64,000 bases of DNA from Sphagnum compactum (Eukaryota): the NCBI GenBank assembly GCA_965153455.1, contig OZ234493.1, positions 5,766,001 to 5,830,000 on the forward strand, written 5' to 3'. The notes beneath the pieces are model-generated. The model ran no database searches, was not told the DNA's origin, and worked only from the letters and a program-made list of their open reading frames with translations. Positions 13,561 to 28,649 of this stretch are shown in pieces. The position numbers and the translations under genes are program-made. The number at the start of each line of letters is the position of its first letter. The first letter of the stretch is position 1.

Positions 13561-16500
13561 ATAGAGTTTGGTTCTTCCAAGATTCTCATAATGATTAGGA
13601 CATCATGGTTTTAGGTGTAAACAATTTTCAAAAAATGGAGGGCATTAGTTTTGTTAAATCACAATATTTCTCAATTATTGGAGTCCTGATGGGTGGCCAC
13701 AAACATTGTTGAATTTAATGACATGTGTCTTGTGCACTTGTGCATATGCGATCTATCTCCTTGTTTCTCATCAAATTATTTATTTGATTTCAATGTCTAC
13801 TTGTAATGTCGTTTTGAATTTCTAGGGTTTGGCAACCAAATGTTAATCTCTACTATGTAAAAAATATATTTTTTAAACATGTTTGCCTTTTTCAACAAAT
13901 CAACTTCATGTTGTGAAATGCTTTTGTGTTCACCTTTTGTGATGGGCTTAAACAACTCTATTAATGTCTTTTGTTCTTTTTGTTCAATATCTATATGTAC
14001 CAAATTGATAATAAGTTTTCTCCATTCACACTTGAGTCTATTGTTTTCATTGAATATTTCCACTCATTCCTAAATGTAACAAGTTTTTAATTGCAAATTA
14101 TTCAATGTAAATTGCTCCACAAAAATAGGTATCAAGAATGCTCTAGTAATTAAGTTCTTTTGACTCACTTATAGGTGTAAGTGTTCAATCATGAACCACA
14201 CCCACCCCTTTAAGCCATTTTTTTAAAGAATATTTTTGGAATATTTTAAAAATATTAAATATGTTCTTTAATTATATGTTATTATTACGTTTTTCCAAAA
14301 ATAGTTAATTAGGCAAGTAGTAAAATTTTCCAAAAATAATTAGGTGTGACTCTTTTTACAATGCAAAATGAATACTTATAATTACTTTAAGCATGATTTA
14401 AGGTTTGTTATTCATTATATTGATTTCAAATTTCAAAACACGTATATCAAGGCACTTAAAAATTTAAATTATAAAAACAACCCCATTTTTAGTTTTTTTT
14501 TTTCTAAAATGTTATATGCACAAAATTAAACAATAGTTTCAATTGCTTTGATACATGTTTACAAAACTACACCCTTTCCTTTCACTTTTAAATACAATAA
14601 GATATTTTTACAAATCCATGTTCCATAGAAATAGGATACTAAATTATTTACTTTTACATGATCATGGAAAGCACTAAAATGCCACCATAAAGATGCCAAC
14701 ATTAACACAAAAGAAAAATATGCCAAGCTATAATGCAAAATGATGAAGTTATCAGCATAAAATATTTTTTTAAAAAAATTAATTACTTGCAAATCAAAGA
14801 AGTTGTCAATGAAAAAAAAACACACACACACACAACCATGCAAAAGCAAAAGAGATGTTAAATAAAAAAGACATAAGAAAAAATCATCACAAAATGAGTT
14901 GTACCAACCATTGCTCACACATGAAAAATAAAAATGAAGAAATGTTCAAAGGGATGGAGCCACATTAGGGGGTTTGTTTACATATAATTTTCAAAGGTAC
15001 TTTAAATGTTATTATAGTTGATTTTTTAAATTAGGTAATCAATTAATTATGAATTAATTATGAATTTCCAAATTTCAAGTTTGTGATTCTTGAAGGGGCC
15101 ACAAAAATTAGAAATATAAGTTTGTAGCAAATCCAATCAATTTGTTTTCTAATGAAAAATTAAGGCCATATACTTTGGCATGTATTGGAAAAACATGAGA
15201 AAAGAAATCTATGGTATTTTTAAAAGTTTGAAAAAGGGTCCAAAAATTTTATTAGCCAATTTCAATTTCTTAAACATTATTTTTGTTGGTTCCTTATGGT
15301 ACCACGCTATCATACTTTCACCTAGAAAAAATGAACATAATGGAAGCAACAAAACCTAATGGTACAAATGAAGAAGAAGACAATGTGATTGTGAAAATGA
15401 TAGAAGTGTTGAAACGACAATAACAATAGGAATATAGGGGAATGCTTGCTCCCTTCAATGTTTTCTTTAATTTTAAGGTTGTAGTCCCAAAGGTGTAGGC
15501 TTGACAATTAGAAGAGGCCCATAAGAAAGACCTTCCCTAGTGTAAATAGTTAAACACAATAATGTTATTGACCTTGTTTTACTTCATGGGGCTTCTTCTA
15601 GGATTTCTTATGAGTGAATATTCTTGTATGTCCACATGAAGTCCTTATTTGTTTCACACAATGTTTTAGTTTAACTTACCATAACATATGGTAGAATCAT
15701 CTTTCACATGTGGAAGCATCAATAACCTTCCATATGTGGAAGGTCCCTCCAATATTTGATGAAAAGGATCTTTTGCATGGGGTGATGCAACTTCAAATAT
15801 ACAAAAAGTATATATTTTAACTTTTCATGACAAAGAAAATTGATGATGAATGGAGGGTATGAGAAAATTATTTATAGAAATATGTATTCTAAATTTGAAA
15901 TATGTATTGAAATCTAGAAAGAAAATCCTTCCAATTCTTTAAGTAAGATCAACCCAAGTTTGGAATATTTTATACCTTTACCTTGGTTTCAAGACTCAAG
16001 AGAAGTTCTTCAAATTATGAAAGATTCTTGCTCATACATATGATCCCTTGGTATTTGTTGACAAAATGTTGGTAAGTAATGAGGCTTTTAAGTCTCATGA
16101 CTTGAGTAGAAACTACCTTCCCTTAAAACCAAGTCTTCATAGCCTATCACACATAATTTTGCAAAACAAATTCTTTGCATTTGGAGGGGCCTTACTTTTA
16201 TAATTGACATGGAGATCTATTAGCATGCATTCACAAGAGTATATCACACTCCCTAGGCTAGCAAAATGGGTTAGACACCTTTCATTTTTCAAAAAAATTC
16301 ATGAAAGGTAAGGGACCTCCCTTGAGGGTTGCATAAGTTCTTGCCCTTGTTCACTTGATCTTGGACCTCATTCACAAGGGCTGAAACCTATGAAGCCCCA
16401 TGAAGGGATCCCTTACCCTACACAAAACTCTAACCTTAATTTCATTCATTTACAAAGGCTGAAACTTGTGAAAATTCATGGAAGGTGTTGAATTTTTGAA

Positions 16501-17925
16501 ACAAAATTAGAAAAAACTTGTACAAAGCTAAAATTATATCACACAAATTGATACAATGATCAATAAGGTTCAAATATACAACTAACCAAGTAATATTAAT
16601 TAATGAAAAGTTTTTAATATTAACTAGGTCATAAAATGTGGTATGAAATAGGTTCATAGAATGTGCATGGTTATGGTTCTTGAGTCTTATCTTGATTTTG
16701 TCAGTTTAATCATCAAAACTAAAAATCTAATTTGCTCAAATTTACATAGCAAACTAATTAGGAGGTGTGGTCATTTATATACCTCCTTTCACACCTCAAT
16801 GTCACATGGATTTTTTTTTAGTTTCAAAAATTTCAACAATTCTTGTAAAAAGACACAATCCTTGAACATTTAATAATCATGACACTAAGCTTCTATATTG
16901 AGTTGTGAATAAATGTATTTTATGGTAGCTTATAGTCAAATTAGATGTTGTTCATATTCATGAACAAGGCAAAACATAGACAATTTTTTCATTTGTTGGA
17001 CAAGGTCTAATGTCGACAATTTTGTCGAACCTATAGAATTTGATGTATGAACAAAAACACTTTTGCCATTTGTTGGATCCACCTCTTTGTTCATACATCA
17101 GATTCCTTAGGTTCAAATATGGATAAAGGATTTTTAGTTGATGAAAACATTGATGAAGACTATTTGATAAAGACAAACAATGGAATTTTTTGTAAAAGAC
17201 TCAACTCAACAAATGTGCTTTGAATTCTAAAGTATGACTTAGTAGCCTTGCTTCCTCATCTAAGCAATTTTTTAGTGAGACATTTCATTTGGTGAAAGTT
17301 GAACATGTGAAGCCCTTCATTATTGTTCAAACTTAGGAAAATGAACAAATCTTCGATAGAGTTTGTGGGTAGTACCATCCAGTGGAATGTTTTGTTGATT
17401 TTGAACATTGGCCAATTAGGTTACAATAATTGTAATTGTCAAAGTTATCTAATCAAACTATCTTTCACCAAAAGGTTAAATAATCAATTTTTTCTTGTTC
17501 AATGTTTATTAAGTGAGTACCTTAATAGTTTACTTTCTTTATAGTTTCATTTATCAATTTACTGTCTTGATCTAGCAAACTATCTTCCAACTTTGGAGGA
17601 GTGTGGACTTCACTTTATGATAAGGAAATAAAATTGTATAAAATGATTCAATGATTTTATCCAACTTTGTTAGCCTTCCTAACCTTTACCATATATCTAG
17701 CATAATACATGGGCAACTTTGGCATTTATATGTAGAATAATTAACAAATTAAAAAAAATTAACTTCAGCATATGAAATTTTAATTGTGGAATGTTGGGCA
17801 AGTAACTAACATATATATTTTAAAAATAAAGTAGTGGTTCCTACGATCTTTATGATTAATTGATTCACAGTTTATACATTTGAATGGAGTAGGTCAAGGT
17901 TTGAATCTAGCTACTTTCAAATGTG

Positions 17926-17926
<1 letters not shown>

Positions 17927-17956
<30 letters not shown>
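17927..17956. repeat. (ATT)n microsatellite
   Basis: About 10 consecutive TTA/ATT units. Confidence 0.9.
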
Positions 17957-17957
<1 letters not shown>

Positions 17958-20900
17958 ATTTTTGGAACTTTCAACATAAAGGGCTAATTATTTTTCAAAA
18001 AAATGAAAAAAATAAAAAATAATTTAATTTATGCCAAAGCTGCCCATGCATTATAATATCAATATTTCAAATGTGACAATGAATAATTTAAGTTTTATGA
18101 AATCATGTTTGTTAATTGATCATGAGTGGGTACACATGTGCTTCACATTTACCTCATTTAAAGCAAAACTCATTTTCTTAGATAGTGATAGTGTATTTCT
18201 ACATGTTTAATTATAACATGATATAATATTGAATCTTTTGTAATTTTCAAGTTACTTTGATCGTCATGATAGATTAGAACAGTTTTTACATGTTGAAATC
18301 CTACCTCAATTAACATGGTTCTTAACTAGGTAGTTTCAATAGTCTATTAAGGTTTAATATTCAACTTCAATAATTGATTTAACCATAGTGGGTTTTTTTT
18401 TTGAACTCCATGTAATGGGAGATGTGTCTCAAGGTAAAAAGACTAACTATGTTAAAACAAGTGGCTCTACCACAAAAGGTTTTATCCTAAAAATAATGTT
18501 TTATATACAAATCTACAAAAAGATGTAATGGAAATGTTTCCATTATTATGAACTCAAGTTAAATGGGTTAAAAGTTCACTAGTTTTATAGGGAGGGACCT
18601 TGAAAATCATTTCTCACATTTTATTAACAAATAAATTTTTATAGGCCTTTTGGGCATCATTGCACATATTGAAAAATTCAAATTTTGTTCCATGTTATTT
18701 AGATATTGTAGGCCCACCATCTTTTTTTAGCCTTACAAATGAATATACATGTAAAGAAATCATATTGTTTAAAAAAATTCAAGTTTTGTTTTGCAAGTGT
18801 AAGCAACTTCTTTGGAAAAAGGTGAAAGCACATTACGGTGTAGACTATTTTAGGGAAAATTGGGACTACATATAATATAAAAAGTAGTAACATGCAAAAT
18901 TTTACTAACTTTGAATTTTTTTAAAAATCACATGTGTAGTTAATTTGAGCTTTAAACATAAAATAAGTTATTAAACCCATCAATATGCAATTGATTGGTA
19001 GTTGTATCATTGTCTAAAAATACACTAATAATTTTATAAACATTGATTTAGAACCCCTATTTTATAGCATATTACCATTTTTTATTAATTTTGAAAATCC
19101 ATTAAAAAATGGTAAAAACAACACCTAGCCCATTTACATCTTTAATGGAAGAACATATTACAACTTTAAAAGATCAAAATTTTCATCATTATAATATCAA
19201 AATGTACTAACAATTTTTTTAAAAACATCTAGTATGAACTTCACAACTTGAAAAGAAATGGAAAATTTTAATGAAGAAGATTCTTCTTCATGGTTGTCTT
19301 TTTACATGTGCAAAATTTCATGGATAAACTAACATTAAATCTAGTTCTTTGTAGTCCTTTTGTATAATTGCAACATTGTGATAAGGTTGTTGTAAATTGA
19401 AAATGTACTCGAATTATCATTATTTTTTCATATTTTTTCTAATTTCATGATACAATGATATATTGGGATGTAAAACACCATTAATTGAGAATTTTATTTA
19501 CAAAATATTTTCCAAACATCCACCATGATATATCAAAGTTCCACAAGTATCGAAGACTATTAGACTGTGATAATTTTTTGTCTACATCGTACTGTGCTTT
19601 CACCCAAATGTCTTTCACAACATGCATACTTAAATGCTAGGTTCAGGGTGGATGGAATCTAGATGAAAATAGTTGTAAAAGCTTGTCACTTCATTTTTAT
19701 TTTTCATTTTACTTCCAAGATGCTTCATTTTCAAGTTTGAGATTGGACAACTTTATATAAATAATAGTGTTTGGCTTTTTTATCTTATTTTGGGTTTAGA
19801 GTTTTGAATGAAGGGTTTTTGTTGTTGTGGTTGGTGGGTCTACCTAAATAAAGAAGTATCCAAAAATAAAATTGTCTTGTGGTTAACAAATGAAAAAGCT
19901 TTCTACATACGAGTCATGAAAAATAATAAATAATACATCAAAATTTAGGCCACAAGGTTCCATTTGCATCTAGCAACCAATAGGGACCTTGTGTAATAAA
20001 TGTTGAAACATTTGGTGACAATATAGGTTGAAATCATTTGGGGGTCCTAGGTCATTAAGTGGAAAATGCAACATGTGCACACACACGTAGTCACATATTA
20101 GGCAAATGGAAACAAAAATGGTTTCTTGTTATACATTGGAAGTGTGTTTAGAAATTTAAATACAATATAAATTGGGTTATAAAAATTTGGTCAATATGTT
20201 TATGTTACACCATATTTGCATTCAGTTTCAATTATATTTGCCCATATGTGGTTTAGTTGATATCCAATTTTTGTTGTGCTTCCACTAAATTGTGATTTTA
20301 GTTTGAATTGTGATTTTAGTTTGAATTTATCAATGAAATTTGATAATTCTTGTTTTTTTTAAACAAAATTATGGGTTTCTAGAATTTCAACATTAAAATC
20401 TCCCAAAATGATGATTGGACAATGTTTGGAGATCAAAATCTTTTAGTAGATGCAAAAGTCACATAAAATGTTGGAGGATCGAGTTGCTAACTCATTGCAA
20501 ATAAATTTTTTTGTAACCTTTCCAAATAATTTGGTGAATTATGCAAGGCTTCCCAATCACGATAACTTAGATATGATTTGAAAATATTATCCAAGTTCGG
20601 CTTATCTCATACTTGAAAAGCTTTTAAAGTTCTTCAACATAGTTTTTTTTTCATATTCACACCTAACTAGAATCTATGATTTTTTGGGTGGAGATTTTTT
20701 AAGAAAAACATTTGAAATATTGGTTGAAAAATCTGTAAATTTTTGAAGCAATTTTCATTGAGCTACTTGTTGATATGAAAAACCTTCAGAAAATTGTTGA
20801 GGTTGGCCATAAAGCAACGTTGGAAAATTTTGTTCCTTTGAATGTTTATTTTAAATAAACTTAAAGGATAGAAGTTTTGCTTTGAGGTAATAGAATATAT

Positions 20901-21499
20901 AGTATTATCATATTTCATTATTTCTAGAATGTCCAAAAATTTATGTATCATTGAGTTTGTTGGTGTATAATGTCATTTTTTCCCATTAGAATTAAAATTA
21001 TCAAATGATGACATATCATAATTATGAATTTCAGATTTCGAGTTCATATGCACAATAAACAAATTTTACCATTGATGGTGAATGGTAACATCCAAATATT
21101 TGTATAATGGTATTTCAATCAAATCTCGTAAATAAACATCACCATATTTGACCAACATTTTTTAACATTTAAGGCGATTTGTACTCAAGCTGTTACTCAA
21201 GGAACACACCTATTGTTGCATCATCATATGGTAGACATGATAGTATTGATTAAGTTTATTTCATATTTTCAAGGACATTAATAACATTGCCATGCATTCT
21301 ATATTGCTATAATTATTTAGGTAATAAATTTGAGCAAAAGGAAGACAAAATGAAATAAGATGTAATTATGTTAAGTTTTTAATTGATGGAATGATTTTGT
21401 TTCTAGAAATTTTATTTAGTGCTTGATATATAAAAGCAATTTATTTTCGTTGATGTTATGTAAACAACTTGTACATATGTATGACGTCGAGTTAAATTA

Positions 21500-23170
21500 T
21501 ATACAATGGAAGGTTACAAATCCTTTTACAACTCCAAAAGCAATGGAACAATGTCCAAAGATTTATGTCTTTATCCTTAAGTCTTTGTTCGTGATAGGCT
21601 TCCCTAACATGCTCAAAATCCATGTGATTTTGTTCTAAGAGCATAGTCTTCATATTTGATCCCATATCCTTTGCCCAAAGATGAATTCTCATGAGGTCAC
21701 ATTTCTTTGAATCAAACAACAAGGTATGACCTCTATTGACAATATCATTTCTATCCATACAATAGATTTTTAGTGATCCCATGCATGTATAAAACATTAA
21801 TCAACTGTTGTATTGTTCCTTCAAAAATGAAAATATTGACATCCTTTTCATTTTCAATTGGTGAACCTACTATTAGTAAATCTCATTTATGAATTGCCTA
21901 TGATGCTTTTTCATGTTATGTATGAGATTGCTTTTCCTTGTCACATGTTTTGCAACACCATAGTCAAAGTATCATGGACAATTTTCAAGTTCTCCTTTGA
22001 GATGTGTGCTTTGAAAAAATCATTGCTATTTGCACAAAAATTTTTCCTCTAATCTCATGATTTTTTTACACTGCATTCATAATTTGCTTCAACTTTCTTT
22101 TATCAAATTTTTTTTGTAAATTTCTTCGAGCAGTCGTAGATTGAATGGCCATAAGTTCCACAATCGTAATGTTTTCCAAGTTGCTTATGAGATGCCTTGT
22201 TATGATTTGGATTCTTTTTTTTGAAATGTTTGTCATTTAAAATCTTCTTGAAGTTGACAAGGATTGCATGTCATCTAGTAATTTTCATTCTTCTTAGATG
22301 TTGCCAATGAACTTCATTAAATGAGTTTGCTTCATAATTTGTCAAAGGTGCGTAATTCATCTTGTGAATACATTCCACGCACAAAAGCTTCATACTCATA
22401 TAGTAACACATTGAAAACAACTAGAACAACATTAATGCCATGGAGTGTATCTCCCATTCCAATGTTTTGGATCATAGGATCCTTTACCATGATGAGAAAA
22501 TCTTCCATGTTTGTTCCTTCCATATTGATGTTCTAAAGTTTGTATCCAAGCATTAGTTGTCTTGTGTTAGGATTGGGTTCAAAGAGCGCTTTGTGCTTGT
22601 TGGACAACATTTAGCAAGATCCTCCATGTGTTGAATGTAGGGGATGATATTGGTTTTCACTAAGAAATTGATGATGGTGAGTGCCTTCAAAACAAAAATA
22701 GGATCATCAATGACCACACGACTAGGGTTTGGTACAATGTGGTGCCAAACCATTTCCTTCCTCAATATGTTTTTTATTCAAAAATTCCAAGAAGATTAAT
22801 CAAGTACTCCAAGCTTGTTTCCTTTCACTGTTGTTGTGATTGTTGATTTTGTAGTAATGAACCCCACAAGAGTTTTTTCTAGTTAAGCCTTTTGATTGGA
22901 TTTCGCTCTTATTCTATTGATGTAACATAAGATTTGTATGTTTAATTGTCCCTCTCTAACTATTTGCTCAAAGCTAAATCCCCAACTCATCTAAGCAAGG
23001 AGTTTAGCTTTTGCAGTGAGAAACTTTGTGACTATCTATATGCTATTCAAACAACTTATTGCCTCCACATTGCTTTGATACCATGTTGATTTTTTGAGAA
23101 AAGCTACAAAGAGCTTGTAAAGGGATAACATTGTAGCACATAAGTTGATATAATGATCATTAGTGTTCAG
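21500..23170 (-). mobile_element. Decayed Ty1/Copia LTR retrotransposon (internally deleted)
   Basis: PBS TGGTATCAAAGC (tRNA-iMet type, 23083-23072) follows ...TCAACA. Gag: EGTNMEDFLIMVKD...VVLVVFNVLLYEYEAFV...FDKL. Zinc-knuckle relic YDCGTYGHSIYDC (~22130-22170). Protease relic *YFDYGVAKHVT (~21940-21975). Then NRGHTLLFDSKKC and an RT-start-like KNKITWIL..KPIT. The LTR outer boundary is uncertain. Confidence 0.8.
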
Positions 23171-24508
23171 ATCCAATGTATATAATTTAGACTAAGCCAA
23201 CTAATGCTAATTAATGAGAGCGTCCTGGTATAAAGCAAATGGTTACGGTTCCTGAGTATTATCCTAAATGTGTCAGTCTTCACTGCAGAACTAAGAATTC
23301 AACTTGCTTAAATTTTTGGAGCAAACTAAATGGGAGGTGTGGTAATTTCTATAGGGAGCCTGGAGATCCCTTACACAAAACTCTAACCCTAATCCTCGGT
23401 TCAGGACTCAAAATACATAACATAATACTGAGCAGTCCTTACACCTCCATATGTTGAAAGCTACAAAATCTTCCAAGTGCAATTTGCATTCAATATGGAC
23501 AAGCGAGAATTCCTGGCAACTGCCTGGCTATGGATGCTCTGCAATCAAATTTTAATGCTACAATGGCTTTGCATGCCAACTCAACGGACTTCCAAAATGC
23601 CTATGTTCTGGACTATTGTCATCACATGTCACTTACTAGGAGATAAATTCCTAGAATATTCAACTGATACTTGCTAACACAAATGCAAGTGCAACAAGAG
23701 GTTGAATTGTGCATTATCCTTCCCTTTCTGTCCCGCTGTTTCATGGTCTACTTGACAATAATGCCACTTCCTGGACTTTGGTAGAGCTCATTCTCTTGCT
23801 GCTCTGCCCTTCTCCCCTTCAACATCAACATTTGGTAGCTTCATTCAACTGATGCCCATACCCTCTCTTTTTCCTGTTACATTTCACTCTGCAGATCTCT
23901 CCATAACCTCACCAGAATCCAAATATGTTTTGCTAGTACAGATCTCGTTTTCTAGGGTTTTTCAATCCTACACAGGGTATTTCTGGTCTGATGGGCCCTT
24001 ATTCTGGTAGACTCTACGGCCTCAGGCTTTACCTACCACAAAGTATTCTTCGATTATGAAAATTTTTGTACTTTGTCTCCGAATACATTAGTGTTTATTG
24101 TTTCACACCATATAACAATCCTAGTTTCTAAGGACAGTGCCCCCATGGCTCCGGGATGCATTAAACAAAGTTGTGATGGAAAGGGCTGATCAAACTCTGG
24201 CCAGTGAACAAGAAACAAAAAACCTGGGTGTCCGAAGTCCAGACCTGTTGTCCAAACATGTCATGTCCAAAGAAGCTGCCCAACTGAAGCAGTACTCTCT
24301 TCAACTTCAATCCTAAAGGGGACTGCATGCTGCATATCTGGTGGGTGTTGATTTTGTTCCTCACAGATCCTAACACTGGGTGGCACTTCCTTTTCATGGA
24401 GATAGACAACACATGTTTGGAAGATGAGCACAGTGAGGAACCTTCATGTACAGCAATGGGCACAGTTGTGATCTTTGTTCCATACACACAAGAGAGAGGC
24501 ACTACAAC

Positions 24509-26449
24509 TTAATCCTCAGGGCATTTATCCAGGTCACCTGCTGCATGTGTGCATACATGATCCAACAATTCACAAGAGAGCTTGAATCTGAGAAACCATC
24601 AGTATATAATGTTCAGTAATGTACATTCTTTCCACATTTTTGTGGATATCTGTTTCAATTGCCAGTTCATGAAGCTGAACTTAAAAACTCAAAGTAGTAG
24701 TAGTCCAAGCATTGTTTGGTGCCCACCACAAATCCACACTACTTTTTAAAACTCTCAAGGAAGAAGATGATACTTTCCTAAGATCCACCACAACCAAATC
24801 CCCACATGTAGCAAAGTGTCATTCTACCCTCCGATTGCAATGGTGGTGAATTGTACCACCCAGAGGAATTCGATTGCAAAAATCGCAGAAACTTCTGAAG
24901 TGCTGGGGTGAGCATCAACATGACCTTCCTTACAACCTATGCCCCTCATGATCCTTGTCTTCAAACTCTGTACACTGTTAAGCTAAAGCCTTGGACTATC
25001 CTAAACATCAATAGTTAGTCAAGCTACTAAAATGAGCCCACTCTAGGTATGGTGCTTGCAGTTATGTTTTGATAAGCCCAATATGTGCAGAAATTTGCCT
25101 GTAGGCAACCCCATTATCGTGTAGTTTCCACCCACTTTGACTTTCTCCCTCCTTGTTGTCTCTCATGTTGAAGAAGAGCAAAAAACATAATTCCAACTTC
25201 ACAAGCATGCTAGCCACCTCTCCAAATGCTTCTTATGCTCTGAAAAAGAAAACACCATATCACAGAAACCACATTAGGTTACAACATGGATACTGAGATC
25301 ACAAAACCGTTGATGACAGTAAGTGATAGGTAAGGCCCTGGGACAGGGGCATTACCAGAATATGGCGTCTGCCCAAGGCAGCAGCCAAGGGCTATGCTGA
25401 ATTCTGGTAACTCACCCATCCAAGGGCCTTACTGTGCTAATGACCATGTCAGCTCCTACTCATCACATGAAGAAAAATTGGTGGGCCCTTACAAAAATGT
25501 AAGAGTGAAACATAAGATGACCTCGAGTGCCAGTAGGGAAGATTACGGATTTAAGGTGCCTTCCAAATACACTGGGAAATCTCTGACATGTCATTACATT
25601 TATGTACCTTAGGGGCAGATCAACAACATGGGAAGGAGCCCACACACATATCATGCACATCTAAAGAATGTATAAATAGGCAAAGGAATATGTGAGATAG
25701 AGCAAAGAAGACAGATCACAAGGCATTCCACAAAAGCTACTTGAGACCAACAACTACTAATGCAACATTTGTAGAGATTGGCCTACTTCAGGATTTCACA
25801 ACAAATTCAATGCCAACAACATCATCCCTCGTGGAAGAAGTGCAGTTGAGAGCTTAAAAAAAACGAGAGAAACTCTTCATGAGGATTACAACAACCCACC
25901 TTCATTGGTCTGTCTGGCAAGGTTGGCAAGAATAGTGGCCCAGGCAGGTTCTGCATTCTGTGGTGCCTCCTGATCAGACCCAACTACTGGTGACCTTGCA
26001 GGAGAGCCATAGCAAGGAACAAGGACTGCAAAGCTGTCCTCCAATTCATTGTCTGTGAAGTCACTATGATGAGGTTCAAACCAACCCACAGACCAATCTG
26101 AATCCTCGGAGTCAGAACCTGACATGGAGATTCCGTCAGCAGGTACTATGACAAGATCAAATTCTGGATCCATGGACCGCTTAGACTGCAGCCTTTTCTG
26201 TGATACTCTTCTTCTCCTCCCTTTCCTTTTCTGCCACCCATGAGACGTGGATGATGATGATGATGCAGCAGCAGCTGAAGTAGAAGAAGAAGAAGCTACT
26301 ACATCTTTCCCACCAGCTGCACCTCGAGCTATGAAGCTGCTTTGGTGGGTATGGCGGGCTTTGTGAACAGGAGGAGACAAAACTGTGGTGTCTGAGAATG
26401 CTGTGGGCTTCCTCCATAGCCCTGCTAATACAATTGCTGTTATGGCCAT
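24509..26449 (-). CDS. Uncharacterised plant-specific protein (DWSVGWFEPH / DSFAVLVPCY motifs), probably two coding exons
   Basis: The 187-aa ORF 26449-25886 has a basic stretch, a Ser/Asp-rich stretch and motifs I recognise from a conserved land-plant family of unknown function. A donor G|GTGGGT after 25900 and an acceptor CAG|GTGAC at 24537 give the C-terminus GDLDKCPED* (stop 24511-24509). The second exon is inferred. Confidence 0.7.
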
Positions 26450-28609
26450 CCAAAGCTGTTCAGACTCAAAATTTTGGCACCAAAGAAAAAAAAGTCTTCA
26501 AAAGCTGAGCTGACTAACTATATCTTGCTGCTGAAGGCACAAACCCAACTTTATAGAAAAAAAGGAAAGTTGGGTGGCTAGGCACAAAGCTCCATTCCTG
26601 GGTTTCTAAGGCATGAATGAAAGAAGAGGTAGACCACAAAAACAGGACTGCCTACGTTTTCTTCAGACCTTCTTCTTCTTCTTCTATCGAAAGGATTTGG
26701 ACAACAACCCAAAAAAATGGATCATTGCGAGGTTTCAAGTGCTTTGCACCCTGAACAAAACCACCAGCAGCTACACGGAATGTTTATGCAACACCTCCAG
26801 CTTCTCAAGGTCTCTTCTTGTGGCATTCGGAACCAAGGTTTCAAAAGGGCACGGACTGGGTGGAAATCTGAGCACAAAACTCACACACAAGTGAAAGCCT
26901 ATTCTTCTCCAAAAATTCTTTAGATTATTTACTTTCCAAAAGGACAGATGTTTCTACCATTTGATAAGAAGATGCAAAACTCACATAATTCCAAGTCCCC
27001 CAGCAACACCCCAAGAAAAAAAGAAGCAAAAAAAAGAAGCTCTTTCTTTTTCTCTCTCTTTCTCTCTCAGAGAGTTTTTTTTCTTTCTTTCTGTAATGGG
27101 TTGTAGAAAATCTCGAGAAAGGATGGGTTTGTTCTTGTGTCACAAGTTGCGAAAAAAAAAATGAACCAGCGACACAAAAGATGAAGAAGTTTTGCAAATT
27201 TTCTTGCAACAAAACCAACCACCAACCCTTTCTTTCCCTATGATGAAATGGCCCAAAAATAGGCTACCGAAAAAATCCTTTGCTTATGAGAGAAGAATAG
27301 AAACATGCCTTACCAACAACACACACAAAAAAAAACAAACATACCCCCAACTTCCTTCACAACCTCTCTCTCTCTCTCTCCTATGAGGAGTCCATGGGAG
27401 GGAGGGAGTCCCCAAATGAAAGAAGCAACAACAGCAGAGACAAGTTGAGAAGCCAGAGATATATAGTTTACCTTTGCAACGCTTTGTACTAGACTGAACA
27501 AAAGGAACAAAAGGCTGTATGGGGGGGGCTTCTTGAGTACACAAAACACACCACTAGTTTTACACCTTAGGCCCACCATAACTTGTTTGTTTGTTTGTTT
27601 GTTTTTTGTGGCCTTCTGGTGGTACACCTTTATTAAAAAATCATAACAAACACCTTTTCAATGGAAATGCAGTTGAAAACAAGTTGGGAAAAAGGAGGAG
27701 GCTCATCACATTTTTATGTGGCTCCTTAGAGTTGGCAAAGTTCAAACAAGCGGTGGTTAAAATAAGAAATTTTCATTGAATCTCCCCCCCTTAAAAAACC
27801 ACATTAAACAACAGAAGAACTTTAAATGAAACAAAATTTAAAAACATAAAATGAACTTACATCTGGTGGGATGAATTCCTCATAATGTGGGACCCAATCA
27901 AAACTACATGGTTCCATAGTCTCAACTCTCTCCCTTACAGACAGAGCCAACAAAAGTAGAGAACACTCTAGTGTTAAAAGCTGGGAAGGAGCAGAAAGGA
28001 TACTTAAGCGTACAAAGCGGGATTTCGCTCTCATCTCCCAATGAAGATGGAATACACAACTATCTCAATTTCTAGTTCTTCATTGGGGAATTGTGCTTCT
28101 TCATAAGGGATTATGATTTTTTCAATGACAATTAGCTTCTTCATGCGGCTTTCATGGGGTTTTAAGTGGGGCCTTCATTGAGTGGGCTTTATTACATTGT
28201 GCAATGCCGTAAGGTGTTATCCAACACATTAATATTTGACTTTGGAGTATTTGGAGTAGTGCATGAGTAGTAGTATTCCATCTTTTTAATGTTTCTTCTA
28301 AGGTAGTTGTGTCTTTTTAATAAATCATTGGAAAATAACCAATGCCCATAGGAGTGGGCATTCCATTTTTGAAAAAAATACTCCACATCATTTTTCTTTT
28401 TCTTTTTCCTGTGATACTTAGAGGGTGTCCTTCAGATACCCTTGGAGTATAAAAACAGGGAGAAAATGGTAATACAAAATGGTCTGTTACACGGCAACCA
28501 CCATGTCTGCAATTGCCCCAAATGAGAAAGCCAAAAAATTCAGGGCTTTATGGGGGGGAGGTTTGTCTAAACCCAACTTCCTTAGGTCCCCAAACAACAA
28601 AGCCAAAAG

Positions 28610-28649
28610 TTTAGGGTTTAGGGTTTAGAGTTTAGGGTTTAGGGTTTAG
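28610..28649 (+). repeat. Interstitial plant telomeric repeat (TTTAGGG)~5.7
   Basis: TTTAGGG TTTAGGG TTTAGAG TTTAGGG TTTAGGG TTTAG. Confidence 0.85.

Noticed and set aside
20400-20650. Possible hAT dimerisation-domain relic
   Set aside because: Resemblance is too weak and broken to support by eye.
4500-21400. Many 60-120 aa ORFs in AT-rich DNA (also 49-58.9 kb)
   Set aside because: Low-complexity F/L/I/K/N-rich translations with no motifs or splice-consistent structure, consistent with decayed repeats.
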